This document shows, one piece after another, positions 36,599-47,431 of a stretch of DNA of 64,000 nt; positions within the stretch are counted from its first letter, which is position 1; every line of letters begins with the position of its first letter. Location: IMG/VR virus record IMGVR_UViG_3300028797_000094, positions 102,524 to 166,523 of that record; one strand, 5' to 3'. The notes beneath the pieces were generated by a model, which made no database searches, was not told the DNA's origin, and saw only the letters and a program-made list of their open reading frames with translations. The position numbers were made by a program, and so were the translations under genes. This DNA comes from a virus (Duplodnaviria > Heunggongvirae > Uroviricota > Caudoviricetes).

Positions 36599-37279
36599 AT
36601 GAAATTAAAAAAATTAAGTGATTTGCCATATACAAAACAAGCAAGATTTATTTTTCAATCTATTACAGCTGGTATTTTAATTGCAATGGCTGGTGGTATT
36701 TATTTAAATTGTGAAAATAAATACGTTGGTGCATTTTTATTTAGTATTGGTTTAATTGCAGTTATTTTATTAGATGCTAATTTATTTACTGGAAAAGTTG
36801 GTTATATTAAAACTTGGCGAGATACTTGGAAAGCTGGAGTAATGTTATTATTTAATTTTACTGCTGCAATATTTATGGGAATGCTTTATAAAGGTCTTAA
36901 ATCAGTTGATGGTTTATATCCTGCTATGCAATTTTTACATGGCCCATTTGGTGAAGGTAGTGCAAGAATGGCTAAAACTTGGTATCAAATGTTTTTTGAT
37001 GGTTTTAGTTGTGGTGTATTTATTTATCTTGCAGTTGAACTTTATAAGAAAACACATAATATAATTCCAGTTATTCTTTGTGTAATGGGCTTTATTCTAA
37101 GTGGAACTGAGCACTGCATTGCAAACAGCTTTTATTTGGGTGCAAGTTCATTTGAATCTACTGCAGAAGCTTGGAAAGCATTTGGTTATCTTGAAATAAA
37201 TATTATAGGTAATGCTTTAGGCAGTTTAGCAATAAGGTGGCTACAAGTTAGCATAGAAAAAGATGTGGTGAATAAATAA
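36599..37279 (+). CDS. FNT-family (FocA/NirC-like) formate/nitrite channel homolog
   Basis: FSIGLIAVILLDANLFTG matches FocA FSLGLILCVVCGADLFTS; GFILSGTEHCIANSFY matches FocA SGFEHSIANMF; multiple TM segments; middle promoter 36533-36540 plus leader hairpin. Confidence 0.6.
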   Translation: MKLKKLSDLPYTKQARFIFQSITAGILIAMAGGIYLNCENKYVGAFLFSIGLIAVILLDANLFTGKVGYIKTWRDTWKAGVMLLFNFTAAIFMGMLYKGLKSVDGLYPAMQFLHGPFGEGSARMAKTWYQMFFDGFSCGVFIYLAVELYKKTHNIIPVILCVMGFILSGTEHCIANSFYLGASSFESTAEAWKAFGYLEINIIGNALGSLAIRWLQVSIEKDVVNK

Positions 37280-37887
37280 TGAGAATTTTAGATATTAAAA
37301 AATGCACAATAGCAGATGGTCCTGGAATAAGATTATCTATTTATTGTTCTGGTTGCGATTTACATTGTAAAGGTTGTCATAATCAAGAAGCTTGGGATTT
37401 TAATCAAGGAACAGATTATAAAGAATTATTAGATGAAATAATTTCTGAACTTGAAAAATCTTATTATAAGGGCATTACATTTTGTGGTGGCGAACCATTA
37501 AATCCAAAAAATGTAGATGGTTTTTTAGAAATAGCAAAACTTATAAAAGAAAAATTACCAACAAAAGATATTTGGTGTTACACTGGTTATGAGTGGGAAG
37601 ATGTTAAAGATTTAGAAATTATGAAATATATTGATGTTGCTGTTGTTGGTCCGTTTATTTTAAAAGAAAGAGATATAACAAGTAAAAATAAATGGCGTGG
37701 TAGCAAAAATCAAAGAGTGATTGATGTTAGAATGTCTTTAGCATTCAATACAAAACTTTATTTAGCAGGAATTCCAAATAATGGTGATTTTGTGCCATTT
37801 TTAGTTTATAGTGATTATTTTCCAAATGGAATGACTGATGAAGAATTTATTGAAAAGTTTTTAGAAAATAAGAAAAATAATGGATAG
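37279..37887 (+). CDS. nrdG: anaerobic ribonucleotide reductase activating protein (radical SAM)
   Basis: CSGCDLHCKGC cluster plus GGEP motif; start overlaps the upstream stop. Confidence 0.8.
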   Translation: MRILDIKKCTIADGPGIRLSIYCSGCDLHCKGCHNQEAWDFNQGTDYKELLDEIISELEKSYYKGITFCGGEPLNPKNVDGFLEIAKLIKEKLPTKDIWCYTGYEWEDVKDLEIMKYIDVAVVGPFILKERDITSKNKWRGSKNQRVIDVRMSLAFNTKLYLAGIPNNGDFVPFLVYSDYFPNGMTDEEFIEKFLENKKNNG

Positions 37888-37911
37888 AATTTTAATATTC
37901 TATCTTTTTTT
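37882..37911 (+). terminator. terminator GGATAGAATTTTAATATTCTATC plus T-run after nrdG
   Basis: Dyad plus T7. Confidence 0.6.
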
Positions 37912-37934
37912 ATTTAAAATAGTGAAGAAAATAT

Positions 37935-37942
37935 TGTATAAT
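37935..37942 (+). promoter_or_regulatory. middle-type promoter TGTATAAT
   Basis: Same motif after terminator 37882-37911. Confidence 0.5.
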
Positions 37943-37969
37943 AATATGTAAGAAAATAGAGGTAAAAAT

Positions 37970-38662
37970 ATGCCGCATACATCAGAAGATTTATTTAGAC
38001 TGCTTGGTGCAAGTAATCATACAAGCGATGAAAGAGAAGCAACAGACTTTTATGCAACAGACCCAGAATGTATTGATGACTTATTTGAAGTTGAACAATT
38101 TGGAGACACAATTTTAGAACCCTGTTGTGGATCTGGTAATCTTTCTAAAAGAATGGAAGAACTTGGAAAAACAGTAATTTCAACAGATTTATATGATCAT
38201 GGATTTGGAAAATCAGGAATTGACTTTTTTACTTATAAAGATATTGATTATGATATTATAACAAATCCACCATATATGTTTCAAACAGAATTTGTTGATC
38301 ATGCTTTAAAAGAATTAAAACCTGGCCGAAAAATGGCATTGTTTTTAAAAGTTCAATTTTTAGAGGGACAAGAAAGATTAGAAAAAATATTTAATCAAAA
38401 GAAACTTGAAACAGTTTATATTTATTCTAAGCGTGTTGCTTGTTATAAAAATGATGAGCGATATCAAAAGAATGAAGATGGAACTTTTAAGTTAGATAAA
38501 GATGGCAACAAGAAAAAGATTGGCTCTGCTGCTTGTTATTGCTGGTTTATTTTTAATACAAACTACAACGGTTTTCCAACTTTAAAATGGATTGTTCCAA
38601 AGCAAGAAGTTAATGACAAACCAAAACCATATAATTTATTTTCGGAGGTATTAAATGATTAA
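37970..38662 (+). CDS. DNA N6-adenine (or N4-cytosine) methyltransferase, NPPY class
   Basis: Motif I ILEPCCGSGNL and motif IV IITNPPY; middle promoter 37935-37942. Confidence 0.65.
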   Translation: MPHTSEDLFRLLGASNHTSDEREATDFYATDPECIDDLFEVEQFGDTILEPCCGSGNLSKRMEELGKTVISTDLYDHGFGKSGIDFFTYKDIDYDIITNPPYMFQTEFVDHALKELKPGRKMALFLKVQFLEGQERLEKIFNQKKLETVYIYSKRVACYKNDERYQKNEDGTFKLDKDGNKKKIGSAACYCWFIFNTNYNGFPTLKWIVPKQEVNDKPKPYNLFSEVLND

Positions 38663-38912
38663 ATTAAATGGAGACAAAGTTTATTTAACAGAAACAGATT
38701 TAAAATCTATGAAAGGAATTTGGGGAGCATTTAGAAGTCTTCCAAGTTATTGTGCGGATTTGTTAAAACTTGGAAATGATAAGTATGAAGAATTTAGTAA
38801 ATGGCCTGATACTTATAATGCAAAAGTTGATGATGAAATTCCATTTGAAAAATATGTTGATTTATTTAATATTGTATTTATAGAAAAAAATTATGAGGTG
38901 ACAAATGAATAA
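38655..38912 (+). CDS. hypothetical protein
   Basis: ORF in track; overlaps the methyltransferase stop. Confidence 0.45.
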   Translation: MIKLNGDKVYLTETDLKSMKGIWGAFRSLPSYCADLLKLGNDKYEEFSKWPDTYNAKVDDEIPFEKYVDLFNIVFIEKNYEVTNE

Positions 38913-39141
38913 AGTAATTATTGATGGAATTGTAACTTATGAAGATGGAGCTTGGCTAACTATAACAGCCGATGATGAAGATGTGCATTGCTATGTTCCA
39001 AGTCATGCGCCTGTATTTGAACATGATTATGTCAAAGCTGAAGGTTATTTATCTGCAAGTCATATGGACGCAAATAAATTTATAGTTACAAATATAAAAG
39101 TTTTACAAAGAGCAAAGGATAAAGCTATTAGAATCGAATAA
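38905..39141 (+). CDS. hypothetical protein
   Basis: ORF in track; RBS GAGGTGA. Confidence 0.45.
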   Translation: MNKVIIDGIVTYEDGAWLTITADDEDVHCYVPSHAPVFEHDYVKAEGYLSASHMDANKFIVTNIKVLQRAKDKAIRIE

Positions 39142-39208
39142 TAAGGCTCAAAATTTGGCCTGTATCGCGTTTTCTAATAAAATGTTATAAATTATAAGGG
39201 AGACAAAA

Positions 39209-39376
39209 ATGGAAGCTTTAAACTTGTTAAATCGACGCATTGAGCGATTAAATGAGGAGATTAAAGCCAATGCTCCAACTATTATTATTAAGTATGAACT
39301 TAAGCTTGTACAAGAAGCAATAGATAAATTAGTTGAAGTTTATGGCTTACCTGAAGAAGAAAAAGTAGCTGAATAA
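39209..39376 (+). CDS. hypothetical 55-aa coiled-coil protein (below track cutoff)
   Basis: RBS AAGGGAGA; ends at hairpin terminator GTAGCTG...CAGCTAC. Confidence 0.4.
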   Translation: MEALNLLNRRIERLNEEIKANAPTIIIKYELKLVQEAIDKLVEVYGLPEEEKVAE

Positions 39377-39393
39377 AAGCAGCTACTTTTTTA

Positions 39394-39405
39394 TTTGCTA
39401 AATTA
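39394..39405 (+). promoter_or_regulatory. late-promoter box TTTGCTAAATTA
   Basis: As above. Confidence 0.55.
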
Positions 39406-39423
39406 TTTAGTGGAGAATTTATT

Positions 39424-39948
39424 ATGAATAAGGACTTTTTAGATATTTATGAAAAATTAAGTAAATTAAATGAAAAATGATATACAGGTGAAGATCCATC
39501 TTATGAAAAAATTTGATATTCAGATTCAATTTATGAATTTAGAAACTTCATTCAAAATGTTGTAAATGAAGGAAAAATAAAAGGTCTAAGATTATGTATT
39601 TCAAATGGTCATTATTTAGCTGCAAGAGCTTCTGATTTAAATCATGATGTAATGCGTGAAGTACTTTATGAAACAACTGGAATAAGAATGACTTGAAAAG
39701 ATTCTGAAGGCAGTATAATAGGAATTCCAAAAGCAGAAAATTTTGAGTCTGATAATTATGAAATTCCTGATTTATTGGAAGATGACCCAGATTATGATAT
39801 TTATAAAGAATATTCTGGTAAAGTAATTGCAGATTGTGGTAATTTTGAAGTATATTTAATTAGGCGTAAAAGTGAGACTGATTGGAAAGGTACTGCAACA
39901 GAAGAAGCTTTTAGACCATTTATAAAAGGATATTATATTCATAAATAA
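39424..39948 (+). CDS. hypothetical 174-aa protein with 3 TGA=Trp codons
   Basis: Late box 39394-39405; RBS GGAGAATTTATT-ATG; codon walk reaches TAA at 39946. Confidence 0.5.
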
Positions 39949-39960
39949 GGAGAGTTTATT

Positions 39961-40509
39961 ATGGAAATTAAAAGACAATATGACCATGGAAAACTTGGAA
40001 ATTTTTTATTTGATGTTTGTGCAGGTTGAACAAAATTTTTAGTAAAGCATAGATGATTATATTATTTACTTGCTTGCACTTGAGGAATTATTCAAACTGT
40101 AGTTGGACTAATTATTACATTAGTTATGTTATATGCAAAATTATTTTTTAGAGAATATATTCATTTTAAAAAGTATAAATGGATATATGCAATTTCAGCT
40201 GGCCCAGAATACTGGGGTGGTTTTGAAATGGGATTAATGTTTGTTAGAGATCAAAAGTCAACAGAAAGCTATTTAGACACGCATGAATTTGGACACACTA
40301 TTTGTCAATTATGAACAGGCCCATTCTATTTATTTACTATTGCATTACATTCAGCAACAAGATATTGGGTTCAAGAATTTAGAGAAAGAAAAGGAAAGAA
40401 AAATCCTCCATATGATCAATACTGAGCTGAAGATGCGGCAAGTCAATGTGGTAAATATGCTGCTTGATATATTGATGAACATAAGAAAGGTAAGAAAGTA
40501 AATGATTAA
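39961..40509 (+). CDS. membrane zincin-like protein (HEFGH motif), TGA=Trp used
   Basis: RBS AAGGAGAG; two hydrophobic helices then GGFEMG...THEFGHTICQLW (HExxH); 5 in-frame TGA. Confidence 0.5.
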
Positions 40510-41380
40510 GAAAGTTAGATTAACAAAAGATATTAAAGAATTAGATAAACAAATTTTTGATCAAATTGTATTTGATGGAGTTATGCCAAGTCCTGAAGAT
40601 ACAAGAGACTTTACACCAGCAATGGTTGCTGCAGAAGTTAGAGAATTTCCAGAAGAATATGAAGCACCTGAAACTGAAATTTTAAATCAAGGCTCAGTAG
40701 GTTCTTGTGTTGCTCATTCTTGTTCTACAGCTTTATCAAAAGGTGAAGAAGTTAACTATGAAAAACATAAAGAATATTCTCGTGGATATATTTATGGAAA
40801 TCGTGCCGACACTGATTTTAAAGGTGAAGGTATGTATATGAGACAAGCATTAAAGCAATTAAATAAATGTGGTGATGTTTATTATACAGATTTTCCTTAT
40901 AATAAAAAATATCCAGAAGTTCAAAAATTAATTGAAGCAGAAAAAGATGCCTTAGCTGAAAAAGCTGCACCTCACAAAATTATTAATTATTATAGATGCT
41001 ATACTGAAGAAGATATTAAAGCTGCAGTTATGGATAGGGGTGGCTGTTTAATTTGTGTTCCTGTTTATACAGACTTTGCAAGAAATCTAACTAAGACTAA
41101 AACAAAAGAATTACGTGGTTATCATGCAATGATTATTGTTGGTTGAACAGCAGAAGGTCAATGAATTGTTCAAAATTCTTGAGGACAAAATTGAGGCTAT
41201 GATGGAAAATTATTAATGAGTAAAGATTATCCAGTTGATGAATATTGGGGAATTACTGTTAATGAAAATAAAGATCTAAGTGATGATCCTATTGAACCAA
41301 AACCTGTCGAAAACTGGTTAACAAGATTTTTACGTGCAATTAAAGAATTCTTTAAGAAAATATTTGCTAAAAATAAGTAG
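40502..41380 (+). CDS. papain-family (C1) cysteine peptidase, candidate endolysin or virion peptidase; TGA=Trp
   Basis: QGSVGSCVAHS (Cys site), GYHAMIIVGW (His site), QWIVQNSWGQNWGYDG (Asn/Trp site, where every W is TGA). Confidence 0.75.
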
Positions 41381-41443
41381 TTTAAGCTACTTATTTTTTT
41401 ATTAGTCTAATATAAAATAAAAATAATAATTTATTATTTTATT

Positions 41444-41455
41444 TTTGCTAAATTA
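41444..41455 (+). promoter_or_regulatory. late-promoter box TTTGCTAAATTA
   Basis: As above. Confidence 0.55.
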
Positions 41456-41512
41456 AATGATTATGGGCACAGTTTTAGTCTGTGTAGTCTTAGAATATAG
41501 GAGGCACATATT

Positions 41513-42151
41513 ATGCCATTATGATTAGAAATAGTAATAGCAGTAGTTGGTTTACTTGGTACAGTTTTAGGTGTATTAGGTATTTCAGGGTATTTAGCAG
41601 AACGTGGTAAGTTCAAAGCTAAAAGAGTAAATGAAAGAGAATTGGCAAGAGAACAAGAAGAAGAAGAAAGAAAACAACAACGTTTAACTGATTCAATTCG
41701 TACAGTTTTTAGAGAAGAATCAAAACCTATTAATGATAAGATTGAAAATATTTTTTCTGAAATCAATGAAATTAAAGTTGACCTTGCTGCAAATACAACT
41801 GGTACTGTTACAATGTTAAGAGACAGAATGAAAGCTATTTTAGATCTTTGTCGTGAAGATGGGTATGCTTCTGCAAGTACTAAAGCAAACTGACATGAGC
41901 TATATAAAACATATAGGGATTTAGGTGGAAATCATTTCTTAGAATATGTTAATGCATGGAAAGAAGAAATGGATGATTTACCAGTTACACCAGTTGAAAG
42001 AACTACAATTGATGCTGATCAATTAAGGGCACTTGGTCTTACTTTTGCAAGAGCAGCTGCTACAGCTCCACAAACGAGGGGAAAGAAAAAAGAAAAAGAG
42101 CTTGTTAGTATTGGCATAGTAGAAAATAAAGAAGACAAAGATGAAGAATAA
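41513..42151 (+). CDS. membrane-anchored coiled-coil protein (lysis-associated?), TGA=Trp
   Basis: Late box 41444-41455; RBS AGGAGG; N-terminal TM helix MPLWLEIVIAVVGLLGTVLGVLGI; track ORFs 41642.. and 41969.. are in the same frame. Confidence 0.5.
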
Positions 42152-42176
42152 AATTTAAGCAAAGGAGAAAATTGAA

Positions 42177-42542
42177 ATGGAAATCTTTTTAGAAATTTTA
42201 AAACTTTTACCAGAAATTATTTCAGCTGCTTCAGCTATTGTTGCATTCGTACTTTTAATAATTAAATCTATTAAAGATAAGAACTGAAAATTAATTACTG
42301 AGATTGCTAAGCAAGTTATGGCAGATGTTGAAGAATTTGCAAAAACTCATCCTGATATGACATCTGAAGATAAATTAAATATGGCACTTGAAGGAATTAA
42401 AACAGCTATGGAAGCTGCAGGAATTGCTTTTGATGAAAAAATTATTAAGAAATTAATTGATTATATTTCTGAAATGTGCAAATGGTCAAAGAAAGTTAAT
42501 ACTGTTGAAGTAAAAGCAACTGCTAAAAAAGCTGCAAAATAA
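42177..42542 (+). CDS. small membrane protein, holin-like candidate (1 TGA=Trp)
   Basis: RBS AAGGAGAAAATTGAA-ATG; N-terminal hydrophobic segment EIISAASAIVAFVLLII; lysis-cassette context. Confidence 0.4.
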
Positions 42543-42558
42543 TATTATATTTTAAATA

Positions 42559-42590
42559 AACGGTAAAAGTTAAATTTTACCGCTTTTTTA
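42559..42590 (+). terminator. terminator AAACGGTAAAAGTTAAATTTTACCG plus T-run
   Basis: Dyad plus T6. Confidence 0.55.
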
Positions 42591-42602
42591 TTGGAGACAA
42601 TT

Positions 42603-42698
42603 ATGAAAAAATATGAAAATGTGATATTATGATTGTTGATAATAATAATGATTATAATATTTACAATTTGACTTTTCATGAAAGGATACAATTATTAG
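42603..42698 (+). CDS. 31-aa hydrophobic peptide (2 TGA=Trp)
   Basis: RBS TTGGAGACAATT-ATG; MKKYENVILWLLIIIMIIIFTIWLFMKGYNY; sits between a terminator and the next late box. Confidence 0.3.
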
Positions 42699-42735
42699 TC
42701 ATAGTTTAGCTATGACTTTTATTTTACTTTAAATA

Positions 42736-42747
42736 TTTGCTAAATTA
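42736..42747 (+). promoter_or_regulatory. late-promoter box TTTGCTAAATTA
   Basis: As above. Confidence 0.55.
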
Positions 42748-42783
42748 AACGAGATTGAAAAAATCTTTTTAAGGAGACTTAAA

Positions 42784-43239
42784 ATGGCAAGAGATATGTT
42801 TTATAACTATGACCATCATCTTAATAGAAAAGATTATTTACAAGAAGAAATATTAGATGATGATAAAAAATTAAATAGTTTCACAGATATGCAAATCATT
42901 TATAATATTAAGGGTGAATATGTTGGTGTTTCTTGCAAAAAAGGTGCACCAATTAAACTTTATTTTGTATTTGATGGCGATATTGATGGAGATATTGATA
43001 TACTTGGTTATTTAGAAGATTTTAAATTTAGTATTGTTGACGTATTACATGAAGTTTTAATTTCTGAAGAAGATGCTGTTATTACAAGAACAGAAAACTT
43101 TAATGAAATTGAAATTTATATTCCATCAGAAAAAAACACTTTAAAACATGATGTTTATAGAATGATGTTAGACTGCACAATTGATGGTGAAAATTATACT
43201 TTATTCTCTGAAGCAGATGGAATTTTAGAGGTGATTTAA
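42784..43239 (+). CDS. hypothetical late protein
   Basis: ORF in track; late box 42736-42747; RBS AAGGAGAC. Confidence 0.55.
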   Translation: MARDMFYNYDHHLNRKDYLQEEILDDDKKLNSFTDMQIIYNIKGEYVGVSCKKGAPIKLYFVFDGDIDGDIDILGYLEDFKFSIVDVLHEVLISEEDAVITRTENFNEIEIYIPSEKNTLKHDVYRMMLDCTIDGENYTLFSEADGILEVI

Positions 43240-43240
43240 G

Positions 43241-43780
43241 ATGGCAAAATTTGTTAACATAAAAACTCAATTAAACACTGTTCCAATAAATAATTTAAAG
43301 AAAGTAATTTCTACTATTTATCAAGGCTCAAGTATTGTATTTACTTGTAAAGTTGGTGGAGATTTTAGAAAATTAGCTCAAGTTCTTTTCTGTTTTAATC
43401 AAGGTGATAATGAAAAAGAAAATGATAATGCTTATGAATATTCAGCATTTACTATTTTAGAAAGTGGTACTATTAAATGAAATGAATATTCAGAAGATGG
43501 TGTTTATTTTACAGGCACTTATGATGAACAGGGTAATATTACTGCAATTAATTTAGTTGGTAGTGCAGCTTTTACAGAAAAGTTTTATGAAAATGATTTT
43601 GATGATTTGATGGACTATAAAATTATTGCAATATATAATCCAAGAGTAGTTCCAAACGCTCCAGCAAGAATTATGAAACAACCATCTATTTTAGTTATCA
43701 GAGATGAAACTAAGAAGCAAGTAGCAATTTGTTCTGAAGATTTATTATGTTCAGAAGATTTATATTGTAGTGATAATTAA
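43241..43780 (+). CDS. hypothetical late protein (179 aa, 1 TGA=Trp)
   Basis: Track ORF 43241..43480 continues in frame through TGA to TAA at 43778. Confidence 0.5.
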
Positions 43781-43791
43781 GGAGAAAACTA

Positions 43792-46700
43792 ATGAATAGA
43801 ATTGATAACTATCAAAAAACAACATGAAAGAATGATCAAACAAGATTAAATGCAAAAAATCTTAATAACATTGAAAATGGTGTTGAAAGAGCTACTGATG
43901 CAATTAATGAACTTGTAGATGAAGTTAATGTTTTAAATATAGCTGTAGCTACTAAAGCTGACAATGCTACTGTACAAGCTTTATCAGAAGATGTTCTTGA
44001 ATTAGATAATTCTGTTGATAATATTGTAGAAAATGTTAATGAATTAGAAGAAAATAAACAAGATAAACTAACTGCTAATGGTGATGTTATTCTTAATGAA
44101 AATGAACTTTTTGTAAAAGCTAATAACTTTGCAGAATATGAGGGTGAATCTTTAAATGATATTATTGAAACTGGTACTTATAAAATTACTAATGCTTTAG
44201 ATGTTCCTGAAAATACTTCTGAAAATGGTGTTTTAAAAGTTCAAGAATTAGCTAATCAAGTTAGTCAAGAATGATTATCTGAAACTAACAGAGCATTTAG
44301 ATTATATGATAAAAATGGTGGAGTTGAATCTATTAGTTTTTATGTTAATAATGTTAAAGTGCCTCAAGGAACTGTTCATTTAGATGTGTGTGGTGTATAT
44401 GAATTACGTGGTGATTTAATTGGTCACATTGAAATTGGTGAAGGTGAAGCTGCTGTTAATAATAGAACTAAAATTATTTTAAATGGTGTTAATATTAAAT
44501 CTGATGCAGCTGCAGCAATTAACTATACACCAGAAGCTGGAAAGCTTGTTGTTGAAATTATAAATAATTCTAAAAACTATTTATTAGTTGAAAATGGCGA
44601 AGAATCTCTTGGTGCTTTACATTCAGAAAATAATTTAATGCTTAATGGTATTGGTTATTTAACAATTAAAAATAATGCAGGTCATGGTATTAAAGCTTCT
44701 GAATTAATTATTAATGGTAATATTCATGCTTATTTAGATACTTATCATGATGCTATTCATGGTGGTAAATTATTAAAGATTACTAATGGTTATTTTGAAG
44801 TTGAAAATGCAAATGATGCATTTAGTGCTTCAGAAGGAAAAACTGATGATGGTAAATTATTAATTCTTGGTGGTGAATATAAGATTAATAATTGTAAAGA
44901 AGCTGCATTTGAAGGCAAATCTGCAAATGGTATTAAGAGAATTATTAATTCTAAAATTACTTTTGGCGAAGGTTGCAATAAATTATATAATGCAAGTAAT
45001 GCTTCTGAAGAAAAATATGGTATTAAGTTTATAGCTGAAGGAACTGAAATTATTAATAATTCAGCAAAAGCTACTCCAACATTAGTAAGTTATGCAGATA
45101 TTGTTGGCCCAGCTAAAATTTTAGTTGATGGTGATCCAATTGATGTAAGTGATTATGAAATTGTTTTAACACCAGATTCTGATAAATTTGAATATGTTAT
45201 TTCAGGTGATTTTTCTGGTAAACATATTGTTGTTAATCCAACAGTTGCTGATTATAGAGTAGATTTTCTTATTAAAGATTTCTACTATAAGAGTACAGAC
45301 ATAAATGATTTAGATTCATTTATTTTACACACTGGCACAAGACGTATTAAATTTAAATCAAATGAGTTCACTTTAGCTTATTTAGAAAAAGCAGCTGGTT
45401 GTGTTTTTGAAACTGCTAAAAATATTCAATTTACAAGTAAAGGTGATATGATTATTAAGGCAGAAGATGAAGCTATCAAAGCAGAAAATGGTTATATTGT
45501 ATTAGGTAATGATGGTGTTGATAACATTATTGGAAAAGTGCAAACTTCAAGTTTACGTTTAGGTAAAGATATTGAAGATACTTTAGAATATTATCCTGGA
45601 AATAGCGATTGTGGCGTAGCTGATACTGCTGCTTATCTTGAAAAAGTAATTATTAATAATAGTGAAGATTTATATGCAAATCAAATTGTTGATACTCAAT
45701 ATCATACAGGTTTAGCTATTATTGATGAAATCACTGCTATTGAAAATACATTAGTTTATGCTCAAGCAGGTTTAGTTCATCAAAAAGAAGTAGTACTTGC
45801 TTCATATAATAATAGACCACTTATTTATATTCCAGATATGGAAATTAATGTTGAAGGTGATGTATTTGAAGTTGCTTATCCAGAAGGTGTTGAAAAAGTT
45901 ATTCCAAATATTGAACCAACTACAAGTGATTGAATTGTTTATAAAGGTGCTTATTCTAAAGAAGAAATTGATGCTAAGTTTGTAACTAAAACTGAATATA
46001 ATAGATTAGTTGCTGAATTAGATAATAGAGCTCCTAAAAAAATTGAAATTATTAATTATGTAAAAAGAAGTGATGATGATCCACGCCCAGCAAAAGATCA
46101 TGCATATTGTCCAGTTGAAATTGTTGATGAATTAACAGAAGAAACTGAAACAGTTTATGTAGCAGACTCAATTGAAGTATTTAGATATGCTTGTCCAGAA
46201 AGAATTGATATTGATGATGCCCCAGAAACTCATGGTGATTACATTAAAGATGGTCGTCAAATGTATGCAAGAGACGGTGATTTTGGTTATCCAGAAATTG
46301 ATAAAACTGGTCAATTTAACTTTAGACCTGTTTGAAATACAGAAGGTTATGTAATTGTTCCAGACAGCATCACACCAGCCGATGGATATAATAATTTTAA
46401 GACTCAATGGAATATTGGCATTCCTGGTATGTATAGAATTACAAAAGTTAATAAAGATCTAACTCTTGATTTACATGCAGTTAAAGAAGATGAAATTCCA
46501 GCACATGTTATTACTTATAAATTTATTGCTCCTGTTGATTATCCAGTAGCAAATTTACCAGAAGTTAGAGTTTTCCGTGGTGCAGACCATTGTGAAAAAT
46601 TTATGAAGTATGGTCCTGGTGCTACAAATCCTCCAGCTCTCCCAGAATTAGATAATGCTTTAATTAGTGGTAATTTATTAGTTTTAGGTGAACCTGAAGT

Positions 46701-47337
46701 TCAAGAAATTGATGGTGTAGAATATAATGTTTGAACAGTTTTAGATAAAGCATATAATGATGCAAATGGTTTACCATCTAATGATGCAACTGGTGATGTT
46801 GCTAAAGTTTACTTTAATGTAGCTGGTGACCTTGCTGCAGGTTATGCTTGCGAAGTTTCGGCTAAAAAGGTTAATAATAACTATAATAAACTTAATAACC
46901 CAACTGATGCTAAGAAATATTATACTTTAACAAAAGTTGCTGGTGATATTGAAGTTACTTTAAAAGTTGTTCTTGATTTACCAGATGTTACATTAACATT
47001 TGTAAATAATGCAAATTATGTTATTGAAAATACTGCTGAAAGTGGTGCAGCTATCACTGGCCCAGTTATAATTAATGCTTTAAAAGATTTCCAATTTAAA
47101 GTTGATCATAATTTAAATAATAAAGATGTTCCTCACCCATCTGCAATTACTGCAGTACTTATTAATGGTGTTGAAAGCACAATTCTTCAAACAAGTGATT
47201 TAGAAGGTGCTGATGCAGCAGTTGTTTGAAAATCTGGCAAGAATAAAGATGAATGTCGTATTAAGAAAGCTTATATTCCAGCTGATGCTGAAGGAACAAT
47301 TGTAATTACAGTTAATCCAACATATATTCCTGAATAA
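43792..47337 (+). CDS. 1181-aa tail fibre/tailspike-like protein (TGA=Trp)
   Basis: RBS AAGGAGAAAACTA-ATG; N-terminus NAKNLNNIENGVERATDAINEL is typical of phage tail-fibre N-termini; track ORFs 44359.. and 46429.. are in the same frame; codon walk of 43792-44358 finds only TGA. Confidence 0.6.
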
Positions 47338-47344
47338 AAAATTA

Positions 47345-47375
47345 AAAAAGCTTAGATTAATTTCTAAGCTTTTTA
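47345..47375 (+). terminator. terminator AAAAGCTTAGATTAATTTCTAAGCTTTTT
   Basis: Dyad plus T-run. Confidence 0.6.
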
Positions 47376-47388
47376 TTTAAGTGTTTTA

Positions 47389-47400
47389 TTTGCTAAATTA
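47389..47400 (+). promoter_or_regulatory. late-promoter box TTTGCTAAATTA
   Basis: As above. Confidence 0.55.
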
Positions 47401-47431
47401 TTTGTAGAAAAAAATTCAAAGGAGAAAAACT

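Noticed and set aside
40502-41380. TGA decoded as Gly (code 25) or Cys instead of Trp
   Set aside because: In the papain-family signature NSWGxxWG, and in many aromatic contexts (WEW, YW, AAWY), the TGA positions correspond to invariant Trp.
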